A program made the position numbers and the translations under genes. From NCBI GenBank assembly GCA_030704615.1, contig CM060732.1, positions 43,772,001 through 43,836,000 on the forward strand: DNA of 64,000 nt. The letters are read 5' to 3'. The notes beneath the pieces were generated by a model. That model did no database searches and was not told the origin of the DNA. It saw nothing but the letters and a program-made list of their open reading frames with translations. Positions 38,240-50,650 of the stretch are shown piece by piece. Numbering within the stretch: the first letter of the stretch is position 1; the number at the start of each line of letters is the position of its first letter. The DNA is from Takakia lepidozioides (Eukaryota > Plantae > Bryophyta).

Positions 38240-40070
38240 AGTTGGGGGTGGACCAATCTTATGCTTCAGTGGTCAGCTTGGCTACTTCATGCCTTGGGAA
38301 ATGATCTGCAATGCCCCCACCACATATAAATAAATCAGTCCTTGTTGTACCACAACATGAAGAGTTATAACTAAAAATTATGAAGCTTTAAAGTGGGGTG
38401 ATTGTCCACAAGAGGTAGGGGCTGGCTGTCAAGCCTTCTTGATATTTGTGCTCCCCTTTTCGAGTTCAAACTTTCACTATGAGAGGAGGAGCAAATCATC
38501 CCTCTGTTGTACCACACATTGGAAAAAATAAAATAAAAAACTAAATTATTAAAGGGTGGGGGCTTACCATAGGATGAGGGGGCTGGTTAGCGGGCTCTAA
38601 ACTCGCACTCCTCCTTCTTGTGTGTGATCTACATAGCAACGGAGTAGGGGCTGATCAGCCCTTTGCTATGCCAATTTTCTGGGGAAAAAAAAATATGCAA
38701 CATTGAATTAGGGGCATGCTTACATGTGGTGGAACGGGGGCTGGTTGGCAAGCCTCCCTACTTGCCATCTTTCCCTCCCATGCACGATCTACAATAGCAA
38801 AAGAGCAAGGGGCTAATCAGCTCCTCTTATATCACAAACTTAAAATAATTAAGAAAATAAAGAACAATGAAGGGGAAATACACGCGGGTAATGGGGGCTG
38901 GTTGGCTGGTCAAGAGGCCTCCTATTCCTGCTCCCTTCCCGAGTGCAACATATCACTACGAGGAAGGGCGAATCAGCCTTTTGTTGTACCACACATTGGA
39001 AAGAATAACATTAAAAAACTAAGCTAAAGGGTGGGGGCTTACTACAAGATGAGAGGGGCTGGTTGACGTGCTTTTTTACTTGCACTGGACGTCCTTCTTG
39101 TGTGTGATCTGCATTAGCAACGGCTAATCAGCCCTTGCTATACCAATTTTATGGGAAAAAAAAATGAAGGGGGATGCTTACATGTGCGGTGCAAGAGGGG
39201 CTGGTTGGCCAGCCTTCCTACTTGTCTTCTTTTCCCTCTCATGCTCGATCAGCCGTAGCACAAGAGCAATGGGCTAATCAGCCCCTCTTTTAACAAAAAT
39301 TTAAACAACTAAAAAAATAAAGCTCAATGAAAGGGAGTTACAAGCGGGTAATGGGGGCTGGTTGGCAGGTCCCTCCCTGCTTTGGGCTCCCTCCCTCTGA
39401 TGCAGAATCTGCCATAACAGAAGCCAAAGGGGCTATCTTATCAACCCCCAATTGTATCAAGAATTTAAAAAAATTTAAAGAAAGGGACGATACTTACCAG
39501 TGGGTAATGTGGGCTGGTTGGCGGGGCCCTCCTTGCTTGTGCTCCCTCCAATGTAAAATCTACCATAGTGGAGCAAGGGGCTATCAACCCCTTGGTATAT
39601 CATCAAAGAAAACAGGAAAAAATAAAATAAAAAATGATGATCAATGATTACCATGGACCAAGGGGGCTGGTTGCAGGTGGGGCCCTCCTTACTCGTCCTC
39701 CCTACCTCCTCCTGCACCACATGCCATAGCAGAAAAGGAGGAGGCTGATTTAGCTTTATGGTGAACTAAAGCTAAAAACAATAAAATAACCAAAAGTGGT
39801 GGATGCTTACCAACAAGGGGCTGGTTGACGACGGGGCTGGTTGCGCGGGCCTTCCTGCTGGCACTTCCTCCCTCCAATGCGCCACTTACCACAATACAAG
39901 AGCATGGGGCCCATTAGCTCCGCTGAACCAAAAAATTAAAAAAAAACAAGAACATGGTGGATGCTCACCAACAACAAGCGACGGCTGGTTGGCGGGGCCC
40001 TCTTGCTCACACTCCCTCCCTTTGTGTCCACCACCTGCCACAGCAGCAGAAGAGAGATCAGCCCCCTCTT
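38240..40070. repeat. Degenerate tandem array of about 11-12 monomers of ~157 bp inside the hAT element
   Basis: Core ggggctggttgg recurs near 38417, 38579, 38737, 38894, 39055, 39196, 39353, 39511, 39662, 39817 and 39983, separated by A-rich tracts. Confidence 0.9.
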
Positions 40071-41340
40071 GTGCGATAAACTGAGAAGAAAATAAACAAA
40101 CAACACATTAAATCAATCAACCTAAGAGGGAAAGAGAATGGAGATGGAGATGAAATGAGAGCGAGAGAGAAATCAAACAAATAAAGTAGGAGATGGAGAC
40201 ACGGAACACGAACCTTACCTGGACTGGAGTAGCGAGCAAGATGTATGCGAGAGAGAGCGAGCTGGATGAGTTGTAGAGACACTTAGGGCTACAGCCCACG
40301 GGTGGAACTGGAACCGGAACCGCTTTAGAGTCCCCAAACCCCGGTTCCCACACATGTGGTCGTAGCTAGAACCAGTGGTTCCGGTTCCACACAACCCCAA
40401 TTTCCGGTTCCGGTTCTGCACAGGCGGGTCCGGTTCCGGTCCGGTTCCACATAACCGGAACAGGAACCGGTGGTTACCCGGGGGCAGGCGGGTAACCGCC
40501 CAACACTGGTTATAATCTCACAATTTCCACGGTGGACTTGGCTCATTTTGTGGTATGTCATGCATAAATGAGCTGGGCCCACTGCTATAAGGCTGGAATC
40601 TATGGATGATTTTTGGTAGGTTTCTAGGGGCAATTTACTGCAGTTGGGTACCCAAAATTGGTAAAAAGTCAAAAAAGGGCTTGGGAACTTAAGGGTTAAG
40701 CTTAATGTTTTCAAAAATCCATATCAATTATATGTATCCAAAATTTATGAAATTCTTACCTTGGGTGTAAATCACAATGAAAAACACTTTAGTCTATTTC
40801 AAAGTCAAAAAAACTTTTTTAATTGGAAAAAATCGATAGAAAAACTATGCTAAAGAACAAATTGGCTCTTGACCCATTGAATTGGTAATGGCTATAAAAG
40901 ATTCAATAATTGGTATTTTGATGAATCATAAAGTGGAATAGAAGCTAGACTTGATTATCTTTACTTTGTTAGTTCAACTCAAATGCAAAAAAGATTGTTT
41001 TCAAAGTGAAAACTAAGTTTGACCAGAGAGGAGCCACTCGAGGGCCTCTTGGGCGTTCAGGGGATAACCCGGGGTTGGACTCCAAATGAAGTTCGTTGAA
41101 GCATCTTTTTACCTTAATTGTTTTTACAGCAAAAATCCCATCTTGATTTTATATTTCTAGCAACCAGCTTTTTCCACTACATACACCATAGAAATACATT
41201 TTACATCGAATATTTGTATATATTGAATTAATATTTTATGATATATTTTTATGATATATTTTATTTTCAATATATGATCTAATTAAAGAACATTATGAAG
41301 CAACCGTTAGGTGACCAAGTAAGGTTACGGTTAGATAGAA

Positions 41341-41520
41341 TGTACTCACAAGATGTTGTTTGCCGTGGCCTTGTTGCCATTGACCTGGCACCCAGTTTGA
41401 GCGGAATACAATGGGACAGAACCCGGTCCGGTCTGGTCCGGTTCCTTATAACCGGAACTGGAACCGGCGGTTAACAAGGGTCCAGGCGGTTAATCGCACA
41501 ACACGGCACAGAATCTACCT
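41341..41520 (-). mobile_element. LINE 3'-end remnant interrupted by an 84-bp hAT right-end fragment
   Basis: 41341-41422 matches the LINE terminus (tgtactca...gggacagaac). 41423-41506 resembles 40425-40508 and is flanked by gacagaac / cacagaat, after which LINE-like ctacct resumes. Confidence 0.7.
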
Positions 41521-42793
41521 TTGTGAGTAAACTCCCCAAGCTTGGTCAAGATAAACCCCAATTTATCACTTCTTCCCTACAACCAATACCTATTCCCTCT
41601 ACCCATTTGAGATTTCGTGTAATAAGTTTCTCAAATTCATCACCTTTTAGTAAGAAGTAATCACAGAAATCTAACCATTTGTCTACCCAACCATAAGGTG
41701 AATCTACAGCCACTCCCATACAAAAATCTTATGCATCATCCGCATACCTATGGTAGCTTCGAATAAATCATATATCATTTTTCTCTCTATCTAAGAATGT
41801 AAAACAAAGGAGTTTGTGCAAAGCCAAGATGGAAGAGCTAAGGAGAAGCTTCAAAGAGCACAATGATGGTTGCTATTCAACCCCCCCATATCAGAAAGAA
41901 GCATTCAGAGGATTCAGCAAAAGCCTTCATTTTATGAACAGCGGTTCGTCAGATGTTGGAAACTCTGATCATTCTATCAAACCAGCATGGTCAATTTTCT
42001 TCTTTCTGTTGAGAAGCGACCCATTCGAAATGACCTTGTTGATACAATTGTAGATTCTGGAAATTAAGTTTCAACATCATACATATGTTCCTGGTTTTGA
42101 TTGAAATGGTGACAAACAGTTCTGGACTGCACACTCCCACTTTAAAGGGCACAGTACTATTCTTGCTACAGATTCTTGCTATTTTTTACAAGGTTTCTAG
42201 AAAAGTAGGAGCATATCCCCTTGCCAGGGGAGGCAGACTGCTTGAGAACTCCCTAATAAGGTAGATACAGAGCCGCCTGGAGTTGTAAAACCTTTAGGAA
42301 TGCGCACTTGAGTCTGCATCGCCAGAACACTTGTGCAAAACCAATGCTTATTTCCAATTTTAAGACATCAGATGCAACCGTCTTCCTTCCTGTGGCGATG
42401 GTACATCAGCTTGTGACCGTAGACCCACGCCCGGTTTGGATGAAGCAGAAAGTGAGAGAGAATCATTAAATCAACTCTCCCCTCAGCTTGCTATTCACGT
42501 CAACAGTTGGGCAAGAACCACTCTATTTTGGAAGGTGTCCAACCCCAGAACTCAGACCCAAGGATGGCCACACTTTTGGACAGCAGCTTCAGCTTCTCGA
42601 ACATAAGAAAGAGGTGCAGTGACAGTCTGTTAGATGTTATCCAAGGTTGCCTCTCATTGATTCTCTATGTTCTTGCTGGATTACATTAATGTACAGAGAG
42701 AAAGAGAGAGAAAGAGAGAGGACTAAGACAGCTGGTTTTCTGCTGATCACATTGGTGTTTGCTTTCTTGTCATGGCTGTGAGCATGGTTGCTG

Positions 42794-45700
42794 TCATTGA
42801 AACTGGTAAGTTGCAAAGCTATGACCGGCGCGACCTTCATTTGTTGCTTTCAGATCAAGCTTTTGAAAGGGACTGCAAGAGACATCACCATACAGCAACC
42901 TCAGTACTTCCAGTGTATCGCAATATTCATCACCTATACATATATGCTTAGACCTGGAATTCTTCAGCTTGATAATTTGGAATTTGAAGAATTTCAGAAG
43001 CAGCAGGACTCACATAGAGCTAAGATGCACCCTGTATGTAAGGATTGTTCCTTCATCAAAAGTTACAAGAATGAGTCATTGACCCAGCATCATTCTATAA
43101 TTGCTTGCACTTTCCAAAACTGCCAGTCTGTTTTTGTCCCTGATTTAGCAAGCTCTAGTACCTTATCTCAGTGAATCTAGCTCGAACATGTGCACAGTTC
43201 TATTGATGTTAAATTACCCACCCCTTTCACATGGACAAGGTACCAACACACCATTTTGTATATGCAACAGGATATGTTTTTGAAGAGATGGAACAGGAAA
43301 TTCACACAGATACTTGCAGAAATAGGCATACGAGAGAAGGCAAGATAGGTGGTTCACTACAGAGAAGAAGTTAGTCAAGTGAACCTGCTGTTTGGGTCAA
43401 AGTAGAATCCATGGACTGAGCCATCACTGCGGGAAAAGCAGACATAATAAAAGCCCGCAATAGTCAAGCCACAGTCGGTGCCAACATTCACAAAAAACTT
43501 CTCCTTCCATCTCTGTGCCCACAGCACATTCATCCAGCAACCAGACTTGTAGAGTGAAGAAAGGACGATCAGGAATCCAAGACCTTTCCACTGGCTACAG
43601 TACACAAAGTGAACAATGGCCAGTTAGACCACATTGCAAGTCATCTTATGTTTCGCCTTGAGGGCAGGGGGTCGGGACACGAAATGAGCCTCCAAAATAT
43701 GACTCGATCGGAAGGCAAATTAAGAGCATAAATATTGATTAATCCCATGATGTTGTTTCCAGAGCAGGAGTGAAGGAATCCGCATTGAGACCTTCTTTGG
43801 ACCCAAGTATAGGTATCACGAAAGTCGAGAGCAAGAGCAGCAGAGATGAGGATAGTAGTCCCTCCCCTGGAATCCACCACCAAACGGTTTCACCAAGCCA
43901 AGTATGAAGGCCATAGTAACCGCCCAACATAGGAAATCGTACGATCGTCCAGCTTATGCTCCTGAAGGAAGAGGAATTAAAATTATTTAGGGCCGAAACG
44001 GCCTTATGGGGCAACAGGAGATAGTGGGAACCATGATAGCAAGTCTTTGGGTACCATCCACTCACCATGAACATGAAGGGATAATTTGCAAGATCCAGTG
44101 ACCGGCCACCATCCCTCTGCACTTCCTCCTGCCCAAGCAAATTCAACTCTTCATGTGCCCAGTCCTTAAATGTAATAAGTGAAACAAAAATTTGTTGTTG
44201 ATTAGAAGAAAACGTTTACCAGAGATGACAGCTAAGGCCAGATGCCCAGAATCCCAGCTCCTATCTCGTCACTAAATTTCCCAGCAAGGATTAAACCTAC
44301 TGACAGACAGCAGCAAGATGACATTATGGACAGTCAAAAAATTAGAGAAAATGGATGCCTGAGGACAGTGGAGTAAGTCATTGTACCTTGAGGTCTAGGA
44401 AAGATGCGAACTTTGACCAATGCTTCACATCTGTGTCTTTCCTGAACAATTAACATGTGGACAACTGCATGATGAGGAAAGGAAAGTGTGCTGTGAACCC
44501 CACAAGTGTCTGGATTCTATTTGGACTCTGACAAATCATTTGTATACACATACTCAAACGGAGAAATAAACTTGCCAATCCTAGTCAGTAGTCTATCATG
44601 ATTCCTCCATTCTGCACCAGGTTTTCATCTGTGATCCACAACTACTGGAGAAAAAACACTCACAGGTCAAACATCTGATTTATGAGTGGAGGAAAGTAAA
44701 ACTGGGAGAAGATCCCACTTCAAAGTGCCTACAGAGAGTACAACAATCAGAGCCCTCTCCAGTTCCAAACATACAGCACATGCACTTCTATGTAAAGGCA
44801 ACCAAAGCCTTTCCACCGGAGAGAAGAGACCGACAGCCAAAGCTCACTTCCACACAGATGACAGGTTGACAAGAATAAAAGGAATTAAATATTGGAACTC
44901 ACGACGCATCCCATTGGCCTGTGAAGAAGGTATAGTTTTTATTGTCCACAATTTCCCCCTCCCAGAATGTCACCACCTGCCATCCAGTTCAGATCTCAGA
45001 CTTCAGATACGCCTGTCAGTGCAGGAAAGATGCCCACTCTCCTCCAAAGTGTGTGACTGCAATCTGTTCCTTAATGAAGATATCATTCAGGCAGTTCCTG
45101 GACTGGTTCCAGGACTTTCTCAACCTGCTACGATCTAGGACTGCCTAGATACTCGTCAGTGGCAAGAGAGAATCATCTCAACACAGAAAAGTCACATGAG
45201 CAACAGAAAAGAAAATTTGAAATTGAATTAGCAGCCCCGGTCTGTAAGTTCGTGATGTACATATGGCAGCCAGAAAGTAGAGCACCAAACAACAAAACAC
45301 AGAACATTGCACAAAGATACCAGTAAGACAAAGAGGGTTGGTAAGAGGGCTAGAAGAAGATAGAGAGAGGCAAAGCATGCACAGACAGGGGTCTCGGCGG
45401 AGGGCACATTGAGAGCCTCCATGCTGCCACACAGATAGCCACGCTGCATGTCACATCCTTGTAGCCGCACATTAACTTTCCATGCCTCATCTTTTTGCAA
45501 ATTTGACACATTCTGTGTTCCAGCAAATGCCTGCATTGGACATAACAGTTGAGCCGTATTTACACAGCTGTGCATATTTTAACCATACATAACCGTACAG
45601 ATAGCATATTCACTAGAACTGTTTGTAAATCTTAGGATTCTTACAGTTTGTGACTTGAAGCTTCGTATACTAGACTAAAGTTAGTATGACCTGAAAGTGA

Positions 45701-45890
45701 ACCATCACAGGCATACCTGACCAACATTTAAAAAAGTGCAAGGTGGGGGGAGCGCCTGGCCTGGCATAGTTGCCCTGTTAACACAAACACAACCTTAGCT
45801 TGCCAATTGTCTCATTAAAAGCATGTACGGCAACCATGTTACTTACCAACACAGACAGATCTGACACACACAGGTCTGGGTAAGAGTTTT
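42794..45890 (-). CDS. GID4: Glucose-induced degradation protein 4 homolog (GID/CTLH substrate receptor); start codon uncertain
   Basis: Exons encode CTFLNVGQ, AFAGTQNVSNLQKDEAWKVNVRLQGCD...GYLCGSMEALNVP, VVTFWEGEIVD, HWSKF, YPFMFM, RWKEKFFV...GLTIAGFYYVCFSRSDGSVHGFYFDPNS and PFQKLDLK. Confidence 0.93.
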
Positions 45891-46809
45891 TCGCATCCTC
45901 CTCTCAAATCCTTGCTCATTATGAAAGGCAATGAGAGTGCATATGAAAGGGACAGAGATAGAGAGAGAAAAATTATATGGGTAACGGTGGTATTGCAGCC
46001 AAGCGACTTTCAACATGCTTGGAACAATTGGACCCGGAACAAAGTAGGGTTACGAATTGAGAGAGGGCAAGAAAGGCAAGTAGGCGAACGATGTATTCAT
46101 TGTAATGTGCTCGCAATATCTTTGTGTCTAGGAACCCTGCGCTTAGGGATATACAGAGCCTGCGCGGGCATGTTGAGATGAAGAATGCTGTGTTAGGTCC
46201 CAAATCACATCAGGAACCCAAATTTTTGAAATTTGACTTTTGAGTACCCACCGCAAGAACTTCGATGAGTCTTGACATGGCAAAAGACACGCATTTGCAG
46301 AATTGATCGCAGTTGGAGGTACAAGAATGGGCCTGATGCTGTCAGGACTGTTATTTTTCCTCTTGTGATTTGGTTAGAAGGCTTGTTATGACCGATACCA
46401 TATGAGTTGTTCTGGATAGAACTTAGGCGCAAAGCTACAATCCTCCTTACTTCCAATGAATATCTGAAGCACAGTGAGATAGACCAACACAGCATCAGCA
46501 TCAACACAGATGGCAACGAGAAACACACCTGCCACGGATCAAGTGGAGCACCTGCACGTGATCGATGTCCAGACACTAACCCCCCACTTGCTCCACTGCG
46601 TCAACTCAAACCCTAATTACAATGCTGAGCGTTGTAAACGTGCTTGTAAATTATTATGGCAATTGCTTGCTGGGCCTTGCACCAGCATTTTTTTGGCCAG
46701 CTAGTTCCAAAATTTTGTTTCTCGACGGGACAAAAGGCCACGTGAATAGGTTTTGGCTAAACCTTAAAACACTAGTTCTGGCTTTGCTAAATATGAGGGT
46801 TTCATGTAC

Positions 46810-47208
46810 TAGAGAAGGGGCCCTGTTTGGCCGATTCTGCCCTGTAAGCGGCCTTTGGGCGAGCCTGTCAGGGCGAGCCCTATGGCCGCACATAGGCCAG
46901 AGTCGGCCAACTCGGCCCGCGTTAAAAGCAGGTGTGGCGGATTCTCGCCGCTACATGGCGCAATATGATTGAGGTTCGATTATCCCATATCGATTGCCCA
47001 GATTCGGAGCCCCGGAGAGGATATAAACGGGGCGAGCCTCAGGGGAAGGCGGGTGGGTGGGTTGACGGCTGATGACATGGGCCTCGGTGGTAGGTCTGCC
47101 ATCCTCTGTGCGTAATCGGCCATCCCTGCCGATTCTGCCCTGGGTGGCCGATTCTGCCCTGAGAATTCGGCCGAAAAAGTGGCGGAATCCGCCACACCTG
47201 CTTTTACG
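46810..47208. repeat. MITE-like repeat with an internal inverted repeat
   Basis: taaaagcaggtgtggcggattc (46923) and gaatccgccacacctgctttta (47185) are perfect inverted repeats; motifs are shared with 33695-33910. Confidence 0.55.
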
Positions 47209-47225
47209 TGAAGTTTTAGAGACAA

Positions 47226-47396
47226 TGAGAATGTAGCCTGGTGGTAATGGGCATAGACCACATTGGATGTGGTTGTGGGTTCAAACCACGGCCTGGTGTG
47301 TCATGAAGGTGTCCACCTTCCTAGTGGAAGGCAGTAGGTAGCCCTTGGGGGGTGAAGTGAAATAAGTTACGCTTCCTTCGGGAGGCGTCATACTTT
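47226..47396 (+). mobile_element. tRNA-derived SINE (family 2)
   Basis: A box tagcctggtgg, B box ggttcaaacc, structured 3' half, 15-bp TSD aagttt(t/c)agagacaa at 47211-47225 and 47397-47411. Confidence 0.85.
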
Positions 47397-48058
47397 AAGT
47401 TTCAGAGACAAAAACTTCAGAGACTCAATTTTTGTCGTTAGGAAATTATTTTATGTCACATGTTAATCGGAGTTACGATGTACTAAGTTGTTGATGACTA
47501 TATCTTAATTGATAGTTTTGGAGCTAATGATTTGGTCGTGAACTCGCACAGGTAATAAAGGTAGGAGGAGGAAAAGGAGTTTAAACTGTCATCGGCAGCG
47601 AGGCCTGGGGACTTGTGTGATATTTTTGAAGGGGAGCGACGTGGTGAAGATGGGCAAGCAGACGCAAGGCTAACTAGTTCAGGTGGAGTCAGTGTGCTGC
47701 AAGGTGTCGGTCATCTCTTCATTGAATTTATAGAAGAGAAGTGTTTATTGAAGTACTATGTTTGATCTGGCATTTTCTGCATTTTCTTTCTCAGGGGGCA
47801 TGTTAGAGCAGACTTTGCACTGTTGCGTATCTCTTCATTTTTAAATTTTCGATCCCAAGAGACTAACTACGGTTTTTATGTTTCTAATGTTTCGATGTTT
47901 TGGCGATCAACAGGTTGTACGATCGTACATTCATGTAATGATCGTGAATACTCTTGAGCAATGAGCAATGAGCAATTCAACTACGAGCTATGAGCAATCA
48001 GTAATCAGCAATCAGCTATCAGCAAGGGTCACTTGGTATTTACCAAAGTGACAAAGCA

Positions 48059-49140
48059 CACTACAAGAAAAAAGGTGGGGGTTTACTATGCCCCAGCCAC
48101 GCCCGTGCAGGGGGGAGGGGCCAAATTTGCGATGCCCGGGCGTTGCATACCCGTCGCAAAGGCGTCGCCAAAAAAACGTCGTAAAATTGCGACCAATGGG
48201 GATCGCACATTTGCGACGCCGGCACGACTTGCAACACCCGGGCGTTAAAAAAAAAAACAAAAAAAACTACTCTCAACGTCCGGGGGTCGCAAAGTGCGAC
48301 GCCCGGGTGTCGCAGTTTAAGGGGGGTGGGAAAATTTAAATTTGAATTTTGAATTTCAAAAACTTGTTGACCATTGACTCCGGTTCTGTCCAATGGCGAT
48401 ATATTCATTGTTCTACATATATTAGGCAATGCATATTTGAACCTAGAACCTCCATGTTATAACATTTCAAAGACACTAAAGACTAATCAAAACACCTACG
48501 ATACATCTATGTATCACTAAAGCAATCTAAATATATATATACATATCAAGATTTCTTTCAAATTCATTCTAAGAGGGTCCATCTTGTGACACCGGGGAGT
48601 TTCAACCTCCACAGCCTTAGTGCCTAGCCCCAGCCACAGTCCCAGCATCGTCGCCGTTGTTGCAGCCCCACCGCCAAGTGCCCCAAGTGACATCCTTGTG
48701 ATGACCTAAGCTGATTACAACATCGTTGCGACCCCCTATGGCGACGCCTTGACGTCGCAGTGTTGGGTGTCCCAGTGCGGGGCGCCCCCAACGACGCTTT
48801 TGTGACGTTGAGGGCCGCAAAGCCAAAAAAAAAAAAAAAAACCCTCATTTTGGGGATGTTGTTGCGACGCCCCGGCGTCACGGAGGCGCTGGGGCGCCCT
48901 CAGTGACGCTTTTGCGAAGCCAAGGCGTCGCAACACCCAAAAAAAAAAAAAACGACGTCGGAGTGTCACAAGAAAAAAATATCCGTAGCAGTGGGGGGGG
49001 CTTTTTCCCCTTCATGCCACCTTGCGTCGCAAGGGCGTCGCAGCAGAGGGGTTTGACGCCCGGGCGTCGCAGGCTCAGCGCCGCGCGGGACGTGGGGGGC
49101 ACGGCTCGCGTCACAACCCCCCCCCCCATTTGTTGTAGTG
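48059..49140. mobile_element. Non-autonomous CACTA (En/Spm) element, 1082 bp
   Basis: TIRs CACTACAAGAAA / TTTGTTGTAGTG, 3-bp TSD gca, dense gcgacgcc/ggcgtcgc subterminal repeats. Confidence 0.93.
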
Positions 49141-49699
49141 GCAAAAACTTTATAATCAGCTTATGAACAATTGCATTGTTTCATGTTTAACAAAAAAATT
49201 ATTTTTCTCACACAAGTGCATGGAATTATTAGAACATAATAGGCTATTTTTATTTTATTTTTTATTTTTTAAGGTGAACAGGGGACGGTGCCCCTGGAGG
49301 AGATTTTATTTAGATTACTGAAGGGAAAAAAAATTAAAGCTAATTCTATTATAGACCTTGAGTATAAATAGGAAGAGCTCGAAACGGAACAACTTGTTGT
49401 ATTTTAATGGTTGGGCAGCTTGCATGCATTTGTATTTGATCCACCAAATGTAGATGGACACAGACTAATATATACAACATTATCACGTTCTAAAAAAAAA
49501 CTAAATTTGTTCCTCTTAGCTCATTTTCAAGTCTACAATTTCCATGTAGAGGATAACGTACACGAAATAATACACAAACTAGAAACAATACACTAAGTTT
49601 ACAGCATCTATACTATACAAATCTAATCATACAATCATTGAATATTTATTCAATGCAGAATCACTATTGTGACATCATGAACAACTATAAATCTACGAT

Positions 49700-50650
49700 C
49701 ATTATTTTACAACCGATTTGTAACTACGATACGTAGGGCTTGCATGTATTCCATGCGTTTTTTTTTGTTTTGTAGATTTGAGATGTCCCCAACCGTGAGG
49801 CTCCAGCCTTGGTGCTTAGTACCGTTGGAAAGCCCTCGACGAGGAGGGGGGCACGGGCTTGGTCTCATGATTTTTGGACTTGCGGTGTGGGAGATGTGGA
49901 ATTTCAAGTACTTTGGGTCGTTGGAAATTCCCGAAAAATAGCAAAGTGGGAATTCCTGGGACAATGGTTGGAGCCTCGAGATGAGAGAAGGGAAAGGTCT
50001 CCGGTTCAAATATGGTTGTAGGCTCTGTGGAAAAAGAAATTCAGTGAACTTAGATGACATTGGACCTTTGGGCCAACGACAGAGGCTACCCTCGAGGTCG
50101 CACATCGGCCTCGACATAAGAGGCGCACTTGCATACATAGGAGATTGCACTGGGCTTAGACACTTGACACCTGGGCCAACGGCATAGGCTACCCTAGCCC
50201 TTACAAGTTATTTGGGATTATTCGGGGAAAAAAATTAAAATCCCTAATACACCATAAGGCACACACACATCAATATATGGTCGTTGGAAATTTGCAAAAA
50301 ATAGCAAATTGGGCTTTCTTGGAGCAGTGATTGGCCCTTCATGTGGGAGATTTGGAATTTCAGGTACTTTTGGTCGTTGGAAATTCGTGAAAAATAGCAA
50401 AGTGGATATATCAATATATGAAGCCTCCACAGGGGGCTGCCCTAGTATTGACTAGGGGAGCCTGTGCCGTTGGCCCAAGTGCGTCATCTAAGTCTAAGTG
50501 TGCCGTTGGCACAAGTGTCCAATGTCATCTAAGTCCAAGTGTATCAATATATGAAGCAAACCATATATAATCATTTTTTTTTCCACGGAGCCTACGACCA
50601 GATTTGAACCGGAGATCTTTCCCTTGATATATCTCTTGTCGAGGCTCTAA
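49700..50650. repeat. Composite repeat with an inverted duplication; possibly tail-to-tail Helitron-like ends
   Basis: 49970-50095 is inversely repeated at 50452-50648. CTAG-T ends face each other at 50442-50455. Confidence 0.4.

Larger units (their letters stand above)
34864..40508 (-). mobile_element. hAT DNA transposon, 5.6 kb, decayed autonomous copy
   Basis: 15-bp perfect TIRs cagtgttgggcggtt / aaccgcccaacactg, 8-bp TSD attataat / gttataat, ccggttcc subterminal repeats and an internal transposase. Confidence 0.95.
34024..41063. mobile_element. piggyBac-like non-autonomous element (~1.4 kb) interrupted by the hAT element
   Basis: Perfect 13-bp TIR cccctgaacgccc / gggcgttcagggg with ATAA directly repeated on both sides (34020-34023, 41064-41067). 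Confidence 0.6.

Noticed and set aside
38240-40070. CRISPR-like appearance of palindromic repeats with spacers
   Set aside because: Whole monomers are homologous, there are no unique spacers or cas genes, and the context is a eukaryotic transposon.
40210-40235. cttacctggac as a possible U1 snRNA gene
   Set aside because: No further U1 similarity; better explained as a minus-strand splice donor.
47300-47396. Hammerhead or HDV-like ribozyme in the SINE body
   Set aside because: No CUGANGA core, and I could not build the nested double pseudoknot; kept only as an unclassified structured motif.
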